A stretch of DNA of 64,000 nucleotides, from assembly GCA_944389515.1 (NCBI GenBank), contig CALXMQ010000001.1, forward strand, positions 7,079 to 71,078, given 5' to 3'. The first letter of the stretch is position 1; the number at the start of each line of letters is the position of its first letter. Made by a program: the position numbers and the translations under genes. Below, piece by piece: positions 16,121 to 24,200 of this stretch. A model generated the notes under the pieces. It was not told where the DNA came from and did not search any database. It was given only the letters and a program-made list of their open reading frames with translations. This DNA is from an uncultured Alphaproteobacteria bacterium. GTDB lineage: Bacteria > Pseudomonadota > Alphaproteobacteria > Rs-D84.

Positions 16121-16149
16121 ATAAAAAACGTGGCGATGCCACGTTTTTT
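16121..16149 (-). terminator. Intrinsic terminator of pgk
   Basis: AACGTGGCA-t-CGCCACGTT plus T-run on the minus strand, overlapping the pgk stop codon. Confidence 0.7.
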
Positions 16150-17317
16150 ATTTGTCGGACAATATTTCAATGCCGGGCAGGGTGCGACCCTCTATAAATT
16201 CAAGAAATGCGCCGCCACCGGTTGATACATATGTAATATCGTCTTTGACACCGCATGCCTGTAATGCAGCAACGGTATCACCGCCGCCAACGATGCTGGT
16301 CAATTTTCCGGCGCGTGTTTGTTCGGCGATTGTTCGTGCAATCGCAAAAGACCCGTATGACCAAGTTGGTTGCCATTCTGCCATGCCGACTGTGCCGTTC
16401 CAGATTACTGTGGCGGCATCCCGAATCGCCGCGGTATCACGTTCGGTCGTGGCGATGCCGGCATCAATAATAACATCGTCATCTTGGATTTGGGTGAAAT
16501 CTTTGTTTGTACGTTCGGCAGTCGGGGTAAATTCTGGGGCAACGCCTTTGTCCAAAGGTAACAAAACTTCACAATTATTTTGTTTTGCGTATTCTAATAT
16601 TTCTAGTGCGTTATCTTTTTGGTCGGCTTCGAATAAAGAATTACCAACCTTGCCACCCAATGCGTAATTAAATGTTGTCCCCAATGCGCCACCAATAATC
16701 AATTTGTCAGATAATTTCGCCAATGCACGCAGAACCCCGATTTTTGTGGAAACTTTGCTGCCACCGACGATGGATAATAATGGGCGCGCTGGGTTTTCCA
16801 TAACCGCGGTCAGATTTTCTATTTCAGATGCCAGTAATAATCCAGCATATGATGGTAAAATTTCTGCAACGCCAACTGTACTGGCGTGGGCGCGGTGTGA
16901 TACGGCAAATGCGTCATTTATAAAAATGTCAAATCCGTCGGACAATTTTTTTGCAAAATCGGGGTCGTTTTGTTCTTCGCCAGGATAAAAGCGTACATTT
17001 TCCAACAAAACGACATCACCGTCGTTCATGTTTTGCATGAAATTTTTATCTAAGCAATCTGCAATCAATGGAATTTTCATATATTCAGCCACCGGTGCCA
17101 AAGTATATTCCATGTTGTGTGTGCCCTTTGGTCGTCCCAGGTGTGCGCAAATCGCAATTCTGGCGCCACCAGCGCGCAGGGCATTTATTGTTGGCATACT
17201 TTGTTCAATTCTGAATGCGTCGGTGATTTTACCATCAACAATTTGAACGTTAAAATCATCGCGCAGCAAAATATATTTTCCACGTACATCAAGATTTTCA
17301 ATCGTGCGTAATTTCAT
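16148..17317 (-). CDS. pgk: Phosphoglycerate kinase
   Basis: 389 aa; RDDFNV, HLGRPKG, STGGGAFLEFIEG are canonical PGK motifs. Confidence 0.95.
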   Translation of the reverse strand: MKLRTIENLDVRGKYILLRDDFNVQIVDGKITDAFRIEQSMPTINALRAGGARIAICAHLGRPKGTHNMEYTLAPVAEYMKIPLIADCLDKNFMQNMNDGDVVLLENVRFYPGEEQNDPDFAKKLSDGFDIFINDAFAVSHRAHASTVGVAEILPSYAGLLLASEIENLTAVMENPARPLLSIVGGSKVSTKIGVLRALAKLSDKLIIGGALGTTFNYALGGKVGNSLFEADQKDNALEILEYAKQNNCEVLLPLDKGVAPEFTPTAERTNKDFTQIQDDDVIIDAGIATTERDTAAIRDAATVIWNGTVGMAEWQPTWSYGSFAIARTIAEQTRAGKLTSIVGGGDTVAALQACGVKDDITYVSTGGGAFLEFIEGRTLPGIEILSDK

Positions 17318-17939
17318 TGTTATTCATCCTTTCCTTGATTGGTTTATAACTTTTACGATAATGTTCGTTTATACCATATTTTTCAATCGCGCGCAAATGT
17401 TCTGCGGTCGGATATCCGGCGTTTTTATCCCATCCATACATCGGAAATTGAATCGATAAATCATGCATGATTTTATCACGTGTTTCTTTGGCAATAATGG
17501 ATGCAGCCGCAATCGACAATGATTTTGCATCGCCTTTGATTATTGGGGTGCCAGTTATATTTGGTGGCAATTTGTTCCCGTCAATTAAACAAAACTGTGG
17601 TGTGCAGGGTAATTTTTCAATGGCACGTGTCATTGCGGTCATTGATGCACGTAAAATATTTAATTCATCGATTTCAGATGCACTGCATTGTGCAACCGCC
17701 CAAATTGTGTTCTGAATTATCCAATCATATGCGATGGCGCGCATATGTTGTGTCATTTGTTTTGAATCGCGAATAATCACAGGAATTTCAACGTCACGAT
17801 GTGGAAAAATCACCGCGGCGGCAACAACTGGACCGCACAAGGGGCCACGGCCGGCTTCGTCCACGCCGGCGATGGTGGTATATCCAGTATCGTTTTCAAT
17901 ATCAAATGTGGGTGCTGGTTTCATAGTGATTAAAACCAT
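17298..17939 (-). CDS. rnhB: Ribonuclease HII
   Basis: IAGVDEAGRGPLCGPVVAAAV and DSKQMT...SIAAASIIAK are canonical RNase HII. The 3' end overlaps the pgk start by 20 nt. Confidence 0.9.
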   Translation of the reverse strand: MVLITMKPAPTFDIENDTGYTTIAGVDEAGRGPLCGPVVAAAVIFPHRDVEIPVIIRDSKQMTQHMRAIAYDWIIQNTIWAVAQCSASEIDELNILRASMTAMTRAIEKLPCTPQFCLIDGNKLPPNITGTPIIKGDAKSLSIAAASIIAKETRDKIMHDLSIQFPMYGWDKNAGYPTAEHLRAIEKYGINEHYRKSYKPIKERMNNNEITHD

Positions 17940-17975
17940 ATCATAAATTTATGGTAAATGGAAAACTTTTCATAT

Positions 17976-18166
17976 ATAATGTATGGCGTATCGGCGTGTT
18001 GCCGGTATGGGGTGTCACAACCCGTTAGTACGCGTTTCGTATATGCGAAATGAAAAATTCTCCAACCCGGGGTTGGAGGGTGCTGAATAACCAATAAAGC
18101 ACGCTATTCGTACTAATAGTTGTGAACCTCCAACCCACCTGAAAAAATTTTCTGGTGGTTTTTTAT
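17976..18166 (+). promoter_or_regulatory. Promoter plus riboswitch-like structured leader, type 1, copy C
   Basis: TATAAT at 17976-17981. Helices: TTAGTACG (18026-33)/CGTACTAA (18110-17), TTTCG/CGAAA, CTCCAACC (18061-68)/GGTTGGAG (18072-79), GTGC/GCAC around TGAATA. Competitor CCTCCAACCC at 18128-37. Terminator CCACC-N14-GGTGG plus T7 at 18136-18166. Confidence 0.55.
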
Positions 18167-18179
18167 TATGGGGGGATTT

Positions 18180-18530
18180 ATGGTTGGAATAAAGCACCGG
18201 GTGTGTGAATTTGACATCAATGCTGGACGGATTATTACAATGTTGCGCACGCGTATGGGAATCAGTCAGCAGGATTTGGGTAAAAAATTGGGCGTCACTT
18301 TTCAGCAAATTCAAAAATATGAAAGTGGAAAAAGCAGATTAAACGCCGCACGATTAAATGATATTTGTCGTGTGTTTGAAATATCGCCGGCTGCGTTTTA
18401 TGACGAAGTAAATAAGTCATATGTTCATGATAAAAATATGACCTGTTTGATAAATACTGTTTATAAATTGCCAAACAACAAACGTAAAATTATTTTTCAA
18501 ATTGCCACAGCATTTCATTTAGCAGGCTAA
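18180..18530 (+). CDS. XRE-family helix-turn-helix transcriptional regulator
   Basis: Start placed at ATG 18180 (GGGGGA RBS 3 nt upstream, after the leader terminator). LRTRMGISQQDLGKKLGVTFQQIQKYESGKSRL is a typical Cro/C1 HTH. Confidence 0.75.
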   Translation: MVGIKHRVCEFDINAGRIITMLRTRMGISQQDLGKKLGVTFQQIQKYESGKSRLNAARLNDICRVFEISPAAFYDEVNKSYVHDKNMTCLINTVYKLPNNKRKIIFQIATAFHLAG

Positions 18531-20257
18531 ATCGCCATGCGGTCGGCAATTTGTTTTTGCACGTATTCATCTTCGCTGTTATATAATGGCCATTGGCCGT
18601 CGGCCAAATCACGCATGGTGGTCAATGGTTGATCTAATCTGGCACGATACAGCCACATGTTTGACATTACGCGTTTTATATAACTGCGTGTTTCGTATGT
18701 TGGAAATGTTTCTATATATAATAATGGGTCATATGTTTCAAACATATTTTCAAATTGAACCAATGTGCCCATGCCAGCATTATATGCCGCCAACATTTTG
18801 ATGATATTATTATTTATATTGGGGTGCGCCAATAAATCAACAATGTATTGTTGACCCAAAAACATATTGTGTTCAGGCTTTAACATGTCGATATCCGACA
18901 TATCAACCTTGTTTTCACGGGCAACGCGTTTGGCGGTGCTGGGCATAATTTGCATCAAACCATTTGCACCAGCGCCAGATTTAGCGTTGGCACGGAAACC
19001 GCTTTCTTGTTTTGTTATGGCCAGTAATAATGCGCGGTCGATTGACCAGCCGCCCATTGGTTCCCAGTCTGGCAATGGATATTGTGCAGAATATATAATG
19101 TTATCATCAATTTCCAAAATGCCACGGTCTTTGATTAAACTGGATGCCTGAATCGACACACGGGGCAGGCCATATGCAGTTGCCACAGAATTGATTGCGT
19201 GTAATGTTTTATCGGTTACTTTGGCAGTAATCATGTATTTTAGGTATAATTCAGCGCGGTCTTTTTGGCCAACCTGTAATAATCCCAGCGCAATTTTCCC
19301 ATATTTTGTTTCACGCAATATGTCAATGTCGTCATCTGTGCAATCTTGTTCAAAAAATTCATAACGTGGTGTACGTCCCAGCATTACAGATGACAATGCG
19401 CCGTAAAATGCCATTGGATGTGCCGCCGCAATTTTCCAGTATTTTTTTGCGGCACTGCGATTACCGTTTGCATCAGCCGCACGGCCGGCCCAAAATGCGG
19501 CTTCGGTTTTACGGGCATTATTTATTTGTGGTAAATCCAAGATTGCACTGAAATATTTTTCACTTTCATCATATTTTTCTTCTTTGAAATACAGTAATCC
19601 CATTGCCCACATACCGTATTCAGATTTTGCATCAGATGCAACAAAACCCCATTTTTTGGCCAATTCAAATTCACCATTTGTATAATATATAAATGCCAAT
19701 CGACCGGCCAGACGACCATAATCAGATTCGGTCAATTTTTTCTTAAATGAAGAATCTTCTAATATTAAACGGGCGTTTTTTGTTGTACCACTGCGAATTG
19801 CGCGTTTGAATTTATTTATTTTTGTGTTTGTGTCACCGCTGTATTTTTTCGCAGTCCATGTTTCTGATTGTGCGGTTTCAATCGATGCGCCGCCACTGAT
19901 TGTGCGTGGAACATATGGTTTGCGAACAGTTGCCTGTTTTATTTTTGCCAGTTTTGCCATGCGTTCTGCGCCGGGCATATCATAATATTTGTTCATCCAT
20001 GCAACCAGTTCTTTGCCACGGGTGCGATATGTATCAGAAATAAAACGTTGATATAAAACTTCGTTCATCAACAATGGGTCTGATAACTGTTTTTCTAATT
20101 TTTGCGCGGCGCTGATTTCTTCTTCGTCTTGTAATAAAAATATTTGTGTGTACAGACTGGCGTCAGCGTCAGACAATACGTCAATGTTTGGCAAATCAGA
20201 TGCCATCGCAGAAAGCGGCAAAAATATTGCTATTAAAAATGTGAATATTTTTTTCAT
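18527..20257 (-). CDS. Soluble lytic murein transglycosylase (Slt-type)
   Basis: Signal peptide, superhelical N-terminal region, and C-terminal SLT domain with ITKQESGFRANAKSGAGANGLMQIMPSTA. Confidence 0.85.
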   Translation of the reverse strand: MKKIFTFLIAIFLPLSAMASDLPNIDVLSDADASLYTQIFLLQDEEEISAAQKLEKQLSDPLLMNEVLYQRFISDTYRTRGKELVAWMNKYYDMPGAERMAKLAKIKQATVRKPYVPRTISGGASIETAQSETWTAKKYSGDTNTKINKFKRAIRSGTTKNARLILEDSSFKKKLTESDYGRLAGRLAFIYYTNGEFELAKKWGFVASDAKSEYGMWAMGLLYFKEEKYDESEKYFSAILDLPQINNARKTEAAFWAGRAADANGNRSAAKKYWKIAAAHPMAFYGALSSVMLGRTPRYEFFEQDCTDDDIDILRETKYGKIALGLLQVGQKDRAELYLKYMITAKVTDKTLHAINSVATAYGLPRVSIQASSLIKDRGILEIDDNIIYSAQYPLPDWEPMGGWSIDRALLLAITKQESGFRANAKSGAGANGLMQIMPSTAKRVARENKVDMSDIDMLKPEHNMFLGQQYIVDLLAHPNINNNIIKMLAAYNAGMGTLVQFENMFETYDPLLYIETFPTYETRSYIKRVMSNMWLYRARLDQPLTTMRDLADGQWPLYNSEDEYVQKQIADRMAI

Positions 20258-20269
20258 GTGTTTTTGATA

Positions 20270-20770
20270 TCAAAATAGTGATGTTTTTGGCAGTTTGCAT
20301 ACATTGGCATCATCATTATCTTCGGGTATTTGTGCCAAGATTTTTTTGAAATCCGAAATGCGCGAAAATTTACGATACACAGATACAAACCGTACAAATG
20401 CGATTGGATCCAGATTTAATAAAGAATCAGATACCATTTGGCCGACCATTGCGCTGGTTACTGTATCATCGGCGGTTTCTGTTTCCAATCTGCGATGAAT
20501 TGATGTCACCAGTTTTTCAATTTGTTCGTCACCGACATCGCGATTTCGGCATGCTAATTTAATACTGCGGCGCAATTTTTCGCGGTCAAAAGCTTCTAGT
20601 TTTCCGCTGTTTTTTCGTACCATTAAATCGCGCATTTGAACGCGTTCAACAGTTGTGAATTTTGCGCCACATTGATTGCATACGCGACGACGCCGAATAA
20701 TTGCATCTTCGGTATCTGGGCGAGAATCAGTCACCCGACTGTCGGTTGAATTACAATATGGACATCTCAT
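20270..20770 (-). CDS. nrdR: Transcriptional repressor NrdR
   Basis: Start moved to MRCPYCNSTDSRVTDSR (zinc ribbon CxxC...CxxC), followed by an ATP-cone. Canonical NrdR. Confidence 0.9.
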   Translation of the reverse strand: MRCPYCNSTDSRVTDSRPDTEDAIIRRRRVCNQCGAKFTTVERVQMRDLMVRKNSGKLEAFDREKLRRSIKLACRNRDVGDEQIEKLVTSIHRRLETETADDTVTSAMVGQMVSDSLLNLDPIAFVRFVSVYRKFSRISDFKKILAQIPEDNDDANVCKLPKTSLF

Positions 20771-20948
20771 ATCCATATACGGTAGCAATCAAATCCCCAA
20801 CTGTAAAGCAGAAAGTGATTGTCTGGGGTTTGGCCAAAAAATGCGTTTTTTATAAAAATCAAGCACTTTATTTCTGTTTGATTGTTGTGGGGCGACTTTT
20901 TAATAGGGGCATTTTGTGATAAAATATGTTCACAGGGCCAGAAGAGAG

Positions 20949-22049
20949 ATGAATAAATATCTGAACCAGATTTTGACCGGTGATTGTGTCGATATTATGC
21001 GCGGAATTCCGGATGCATCGGTGGATGCTGTGTTTGCAGATGCCCCATATAATTTGCAGTTGGGGGCAAAAACACTGTATCGGCCCGAAGATCAAACGGC
21101 CGCACGTGCGGTGCGTGATGCGTGGGATTCTTTTGACAGCATGGACGCATATGATGAATTTACGCGTGCATGGATGACAGAATGTAAACGGGTGTTAAAG
21201 CCAGATGGTGCAATGTGGGTTATTGGCAGTTATCATAACATCTTTCGTGTTGGCGCCATTTTACAGGATTTAGGATTTTGGATTTTGAACGATATTGTAT
21301 GGGTAAAAACAAATCCAATGCCGAATTTTCGTGGGACGCGATTTACAAATGCACATGAAACACTGATTTGGGCAACACCGCGCAAGACTGGCAAATATAC
21401 TTTTAATTATGAAACCATGAAAAAATTAAATGGCGGCAAACAGATGCGTTCTGATTGGGATATAAATATTTGTTTGGGTGAAGAACGTGTCAAGGGCGCA
21501 GATGGAAAAAGTTTACATAATACACAAAAACCGATGGATTTATTACGTCGTGTGATTTTGTCTTCAACCAAGCAGGGCGATATTATTTTGGATCCTTTTA
21601 TGGGCAGTGGTACAACGGCGGCGGCGGCCCGGGAATTAGGACGCAATTTTATCGGAATTGAACGCGAAGCCGCATATGTGGCGGCGGCCCAGGAACGTGT
21701 TGCCGCGGTAAAACCGATTGATTTGTCGGATATAGAAGTTGCGACACCAAAACGTGCCGAAGTGCGCGTGGCGTTCAAAGAATTGATAGAAGCAGGTTTG
21801 TTATATGTTGGTCAAACATTGGTCAGTCCACGTGGTGAACGTGTGATGATTACACGTGATGGCCAGTTGACGCACACGTTGTATGGCAAGGCATCAATTC
21901 ATGTTATGGCCGCGCGATTGCAGCACAGTGTCAGTTTTAATGGATGGGATTATTGGTCTGCGGAAAAACGTGATGGTTCTTTGGTGCCGATTGATGAATT
22001 ACGTAAATATGTGCGCAGTGTAAAACACGATATGAAAAAAGTTGCATAA
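20949..22049 (+). CDS. ccrM: CcrM-type (beta-class) N6-adenine DNA methyltransferase
   Basis: Start moved to MNKYLNQILTGDC. Motif IV reads FADAPYNL (DPPY variant). The AdoMet motif is LDPFMGSGTTAAAA. A ~80-aa C-terminal extension is present, as in CcrM. Confidence 0.85.
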   Translation: MNKYLNQILTGDCVDIMRGIPDASVDAVFADAPYNLQLGAKTLYRPEDQTAARAVRDAWDSFDSMDAYDEFTRAWMTECKRVLKPDGAMWVIGSYHNIFRVGAILQDLGFWILNDIVWVKTNPMPNFRGTRFTNAHETLIWATPRKTGKYTFNYETMKKLNGGKQMRSDWDINICLGEERVKGADGKSLHNTQKPMDLLRRVILSSTKQGDIILDPFMGSGTTAAAARELGRNFIGIEREAAYVAAAQERVAAVKPIDLSDIEVATPKRAEVRVAFKELIEAGLLYVGQTLVSPRGERVMITRDGQLTHTLYGKASIHVMAARLQHSVSFNGWDYWSAEKRDGSLVPIDELRKYVRSVKHDMKKVA

Positions 22050-22075
22050 AAACGGGGCATTACCCCGTTTTTTTA
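22048..22075. terminator. Bidirectional intrinsic terminator
   Basis: AACGGGGCA-tt-ACCCCGTT flanked by A- and T-runs. Confidence 0.75.
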
Positions 22076-22375
22076 TCCAACAGGGGATATATTTATACCA
22101 GACATTGGACACGGTTCTGTAAATTCGTATGTGCCGGTATTATCTGTATAATTGACCCCGGTTGGCGCGTACATCATGCATGAACCATTTGGATTTGATA
22201 CCAGACAGCTGTATGCTGAACCAACAGACGTAGTGCCCGATGGGCAGGTGCCAGATTCAATGGTTAAATAACTTTCTGTAATAGCGACATAACCCGTGGG
22301 GCATGATGTTGATGGCGTGGCTGCAATCACACATGTTGGGGCGATTGCCATAATAAATACAAATATTTGCTTCAT
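22073..22375 (-). CDS. Small Cys-rich secreted protein (family B minimal member); distal gene of cassette copy 2
   Basis: 100 aa; aligns along its full length with 7220-7498 (SCPTGYVAITESYLTIESGTCPSGTTSVGSAYSCLVSNPNGSCMMYAPTGVNYTDNTGTYEFTEPCP). Confidence 0.8.
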   Translation of the reverse strand: MKQIFVFIMAIAPTCVIAATPSTSCPTGYVAITESYLTIESGTCPSGTTSVGSAYSCLVSNPNGSCMMYAPTGVNYTDNTGTYEFTEPCPMSGINISPVG

Positions 22376-22393
22376 GATTTATCCCCCATCTGT

Positions 22394-22837
22394 TTAGTCA
22401 GATAAATTACTGAACATTGCCGAACGAAATGTGGAATTATCTTCCAATGCGCGTCTGCAAGAACCTGCGCAATCCCTGTGGCAAGCAACAGAAGAAAAGC
22501 CACTGGATATCCATCTGGAAACAGCGGGTGAAACCATTTTGCACCAACAGTTATTATTTTCATCGGATCTTGATAATGATGTGCTTGCGGTGCCTGCACT
22601 GCCGCTTGATGATGCGCACATACTAATTCCAATGACTGATATATTTTTTGTGCCACAAGTTACAGACCAATCTACTTTAGATGTAGATGCTTGGTGTTCA
22701 GCGACGCATGTTGTTGAACTTGATAACTGTACGCATTTTGTTACACCACCAATTGGCATTACGGATATTGCAAAAGTTGGTGAAATGGTGGCGATACAAA
22801 TTGCGCCTGCGATTAAGAAACATTTGTGCATTTTCAA
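22394..22837 (-). CDS. Small Cys-rich secreted protein; proximal gene of cassette copy 2
   Basis: 147 aa with a signal peptide. Paralog of 7514-7933 (VTKCVQLSSSTTC, CWCKMVSPAVSRW, ends FSNLSD). Confidence 0.8.
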   Translation of the reverse strand: MKMHKCFLIAGAICIATISPTFAISVMPIGGVTKCVQLSSSTTCVAEHQASTSKVDWSVTCGTKNISVIGISMCASSSGSAGTASTSLSRSDENNNCWCKMVSPAVSRWISSGFSSVACHRDCAGSCRRALEDNSTFRSAMFSNLSD

Positions 22838-22864
22838 ACTCCTGTTTTTTCTTGGTTAAAAGAA

Positions 22865-23106
22865 ACCACCAAGCGTTTTGGTGGTCAGGAGGTTGACTAC
22901 AATTGAACGAATTGTGTCGCGTATTTGATATTCAGCGACCCTCCTGACCCAAATGTTCAGGAGTTTATTTTTCGTCGTAATATTAAAACAGCGCACTTTG
23001 CGCGCCATGTTTGTATATTCCGACGCGTTCATAAGGGTAGTCACACCCCATTGACAGAATACCTGTCAACGTCAGTATTATATTATATATGGTTTAAGTT
23101 TTGCAA
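22865..23106 (-). promoter_or_regulatory. Promoter plus riboswitch-like structured leader, type 1, copy B
   Basis: TTGCAA (23101-06), N18, TATAAT (23082-77). Helices: TGAACG (23031-26)/CGTTCA (22909-04), CGTCG...CGACG with an insertion, CTCCTGA/TCAGGAG (22941-63), GTCGC/GCGAC (22916-39) around TGAATA. Competitor CCTCCTGACC at 22892-83. Terminator ACCACCA-aaacgc-TTGGTGGT plus T-run at 22885-22858. Confidence 0.6.
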
Positions 23107-23111
23107 TATTT

Positions 23112-23423
23112 TTATCGTGTGCGGCCACACAGCTTGGATATATATTTTGCTATTTTATGGTCATGGCGTCGATATGCGATGTTCATCGCGGATTTTATTA
23201 TATTTGTTTCTGGTGATGTGGATAGTAATGTTTGAATATCAATGTAATCAGATTCCAATGCCAAAATTTCTTGGTGTACACTGATGGATTTGTTGATTAA
23301 AGCATCCTGGGAATTCTGGCTGTTTTGTTTTATGGCGGCCTTGGTTGCGTATGCGCGCGCAATTTCATAACGTAATCGTGCCATTTCCAGATTATAAAAA
23401 CCGTTTGTGTGTTCTGGTGTCAT
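23112..23423 (-). CDS. Hypothetical small helical protein
   Basis: Start moved to MTPEHTNGFYNLEMARLRYEIA (AAGGA RBS 10 nt upstream). No recognisable family and no signal peptide. Confidence 0.5.
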   Translation of the reverse strand: MTPEHTNGFYNLEMARLRYEIARAYATKAAIKQNSQNSQDALINKSISVHQEILALESDYIDIQTLLSTSPETNIIKSAMNIAYRRHDHKIAKYISKLCGRTR

Positions 23424-23486
23424 AAATAAAAATCCTTTTGGGTGTATGATATACAAATCATAACGTTTGTCAATGTTGGAATAAAA

Positions 23487-23516
23487 CTTGTATTTTTATA
23501 ACTATAAACTATATAT
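23487..23516 (+). promoter_or_regulatory. Putative sigma-32 (RpoH) type promoter of clpP-clpX
   Basis: CTTG (23487-90), N18, CTATATAT (23509-16). The same CTTG-N18-CTATATAT sits upstream of clpB and resembles the alphaproteobacterial RpoH consensus CTTG-N17/18-CYTATNT. Confidence 0.45.
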
Positions 23517-23582
23517 ATCATAAATTCGCGAATCGGGTTTTTGTGTGATATAGTTTTATTTGTAAAATAAGGATTTAGTAAG

Positions 23583-24164
23583 ATGGCTTTGATACCAATG
23601 GTAATAGAGGAATCGCCCCGTGGTGAACGTTCCTTTGACATTTTTTCACGTTTGCTGCGCGATCGTATTGTTATGATAAATGGGCAAATTGAACCGGGCA
23701 TGGCCAATACGGTTGTGGCCCAGTTGCTGTTTTTGGAATCAGAAAATCCAAATGCTGAAATTTCATTATATATCAATTCACCGGGCGGTGATGTGTCTGC
23801 TGGGTGGGCGATTATGGATACTATGCAATATATAAAATCGCCGGTTTCAACCATTGGTATGGGATTGGTGGCATCGATGGGGTCTGTTCTGTTGGCGGCC
23901 GGTGAAAAGGGCAAGCGTTTTGCGTTGCCGAACACCAGCATTATGATTCATCAACCTTTGGGTGGATTCGAAGGCCAGGTCACAGATGTCGAAATTCGTA
24001 TGAAGGAATTACAGCGTACTAAAAAAACATTGATTAAACAAATGTCTGAATTTACGGGGCGCAAAGAAAAAGAATTATTTGACGCCATGGAACGCGATAA
24101 TTGGATGACGCCAGATGATGCCAAAGATTTTGGCTTGATTGATGGTGTGTTAAAACGTAAATAA
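23583..24164 (+). CDS. clpP: ATP-dependent Clp protease proteolytic subunit
   Basis: [39 protein letters not shown]: canonical ClpP with the Ser-His-Asp context. Confidence 0.95.
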   Translation: MALIPMVIEESPRGERSFDIFSRLLRDRIVMINGQIEPGMANTVVAQLLFLESENPNAEISLYINSPGGDVSAGWAIMDTMQYIKSPVSTIGMGLVASMGSVLLAAGEKGKRFALPNTSIMIHQPLGGFEGQVTDVEIRMKELQRTKKTLIKQMSEFTGRKEKELFDAMERDNWMTPDDAKDFGLIDGVLKRK

Positions 24165-24200
24165 TTTTATCTGATATTTTATTATGGGGGATATCGGGAT

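Noticed and set aside
18008-18091. Short ORFs starting at the conserved ATGGGGTGT / ATGTGGGGT in the three type 1 leaders (MGCHNPLVRV..., MGCDYPYERV..., MWGIPTLGLR...) as possible leader peptides
   Set aside because: They have no Shine-Dalgarno sequence, and their lengths (27, 22 and 19 codons) and stop positions differ. The nucleotide differences in this segment are exactly those that compensate for changes in the distal arm of the outer helix. This points to RNA-structure constraint rather than peptide constraint. Not fully excluded.
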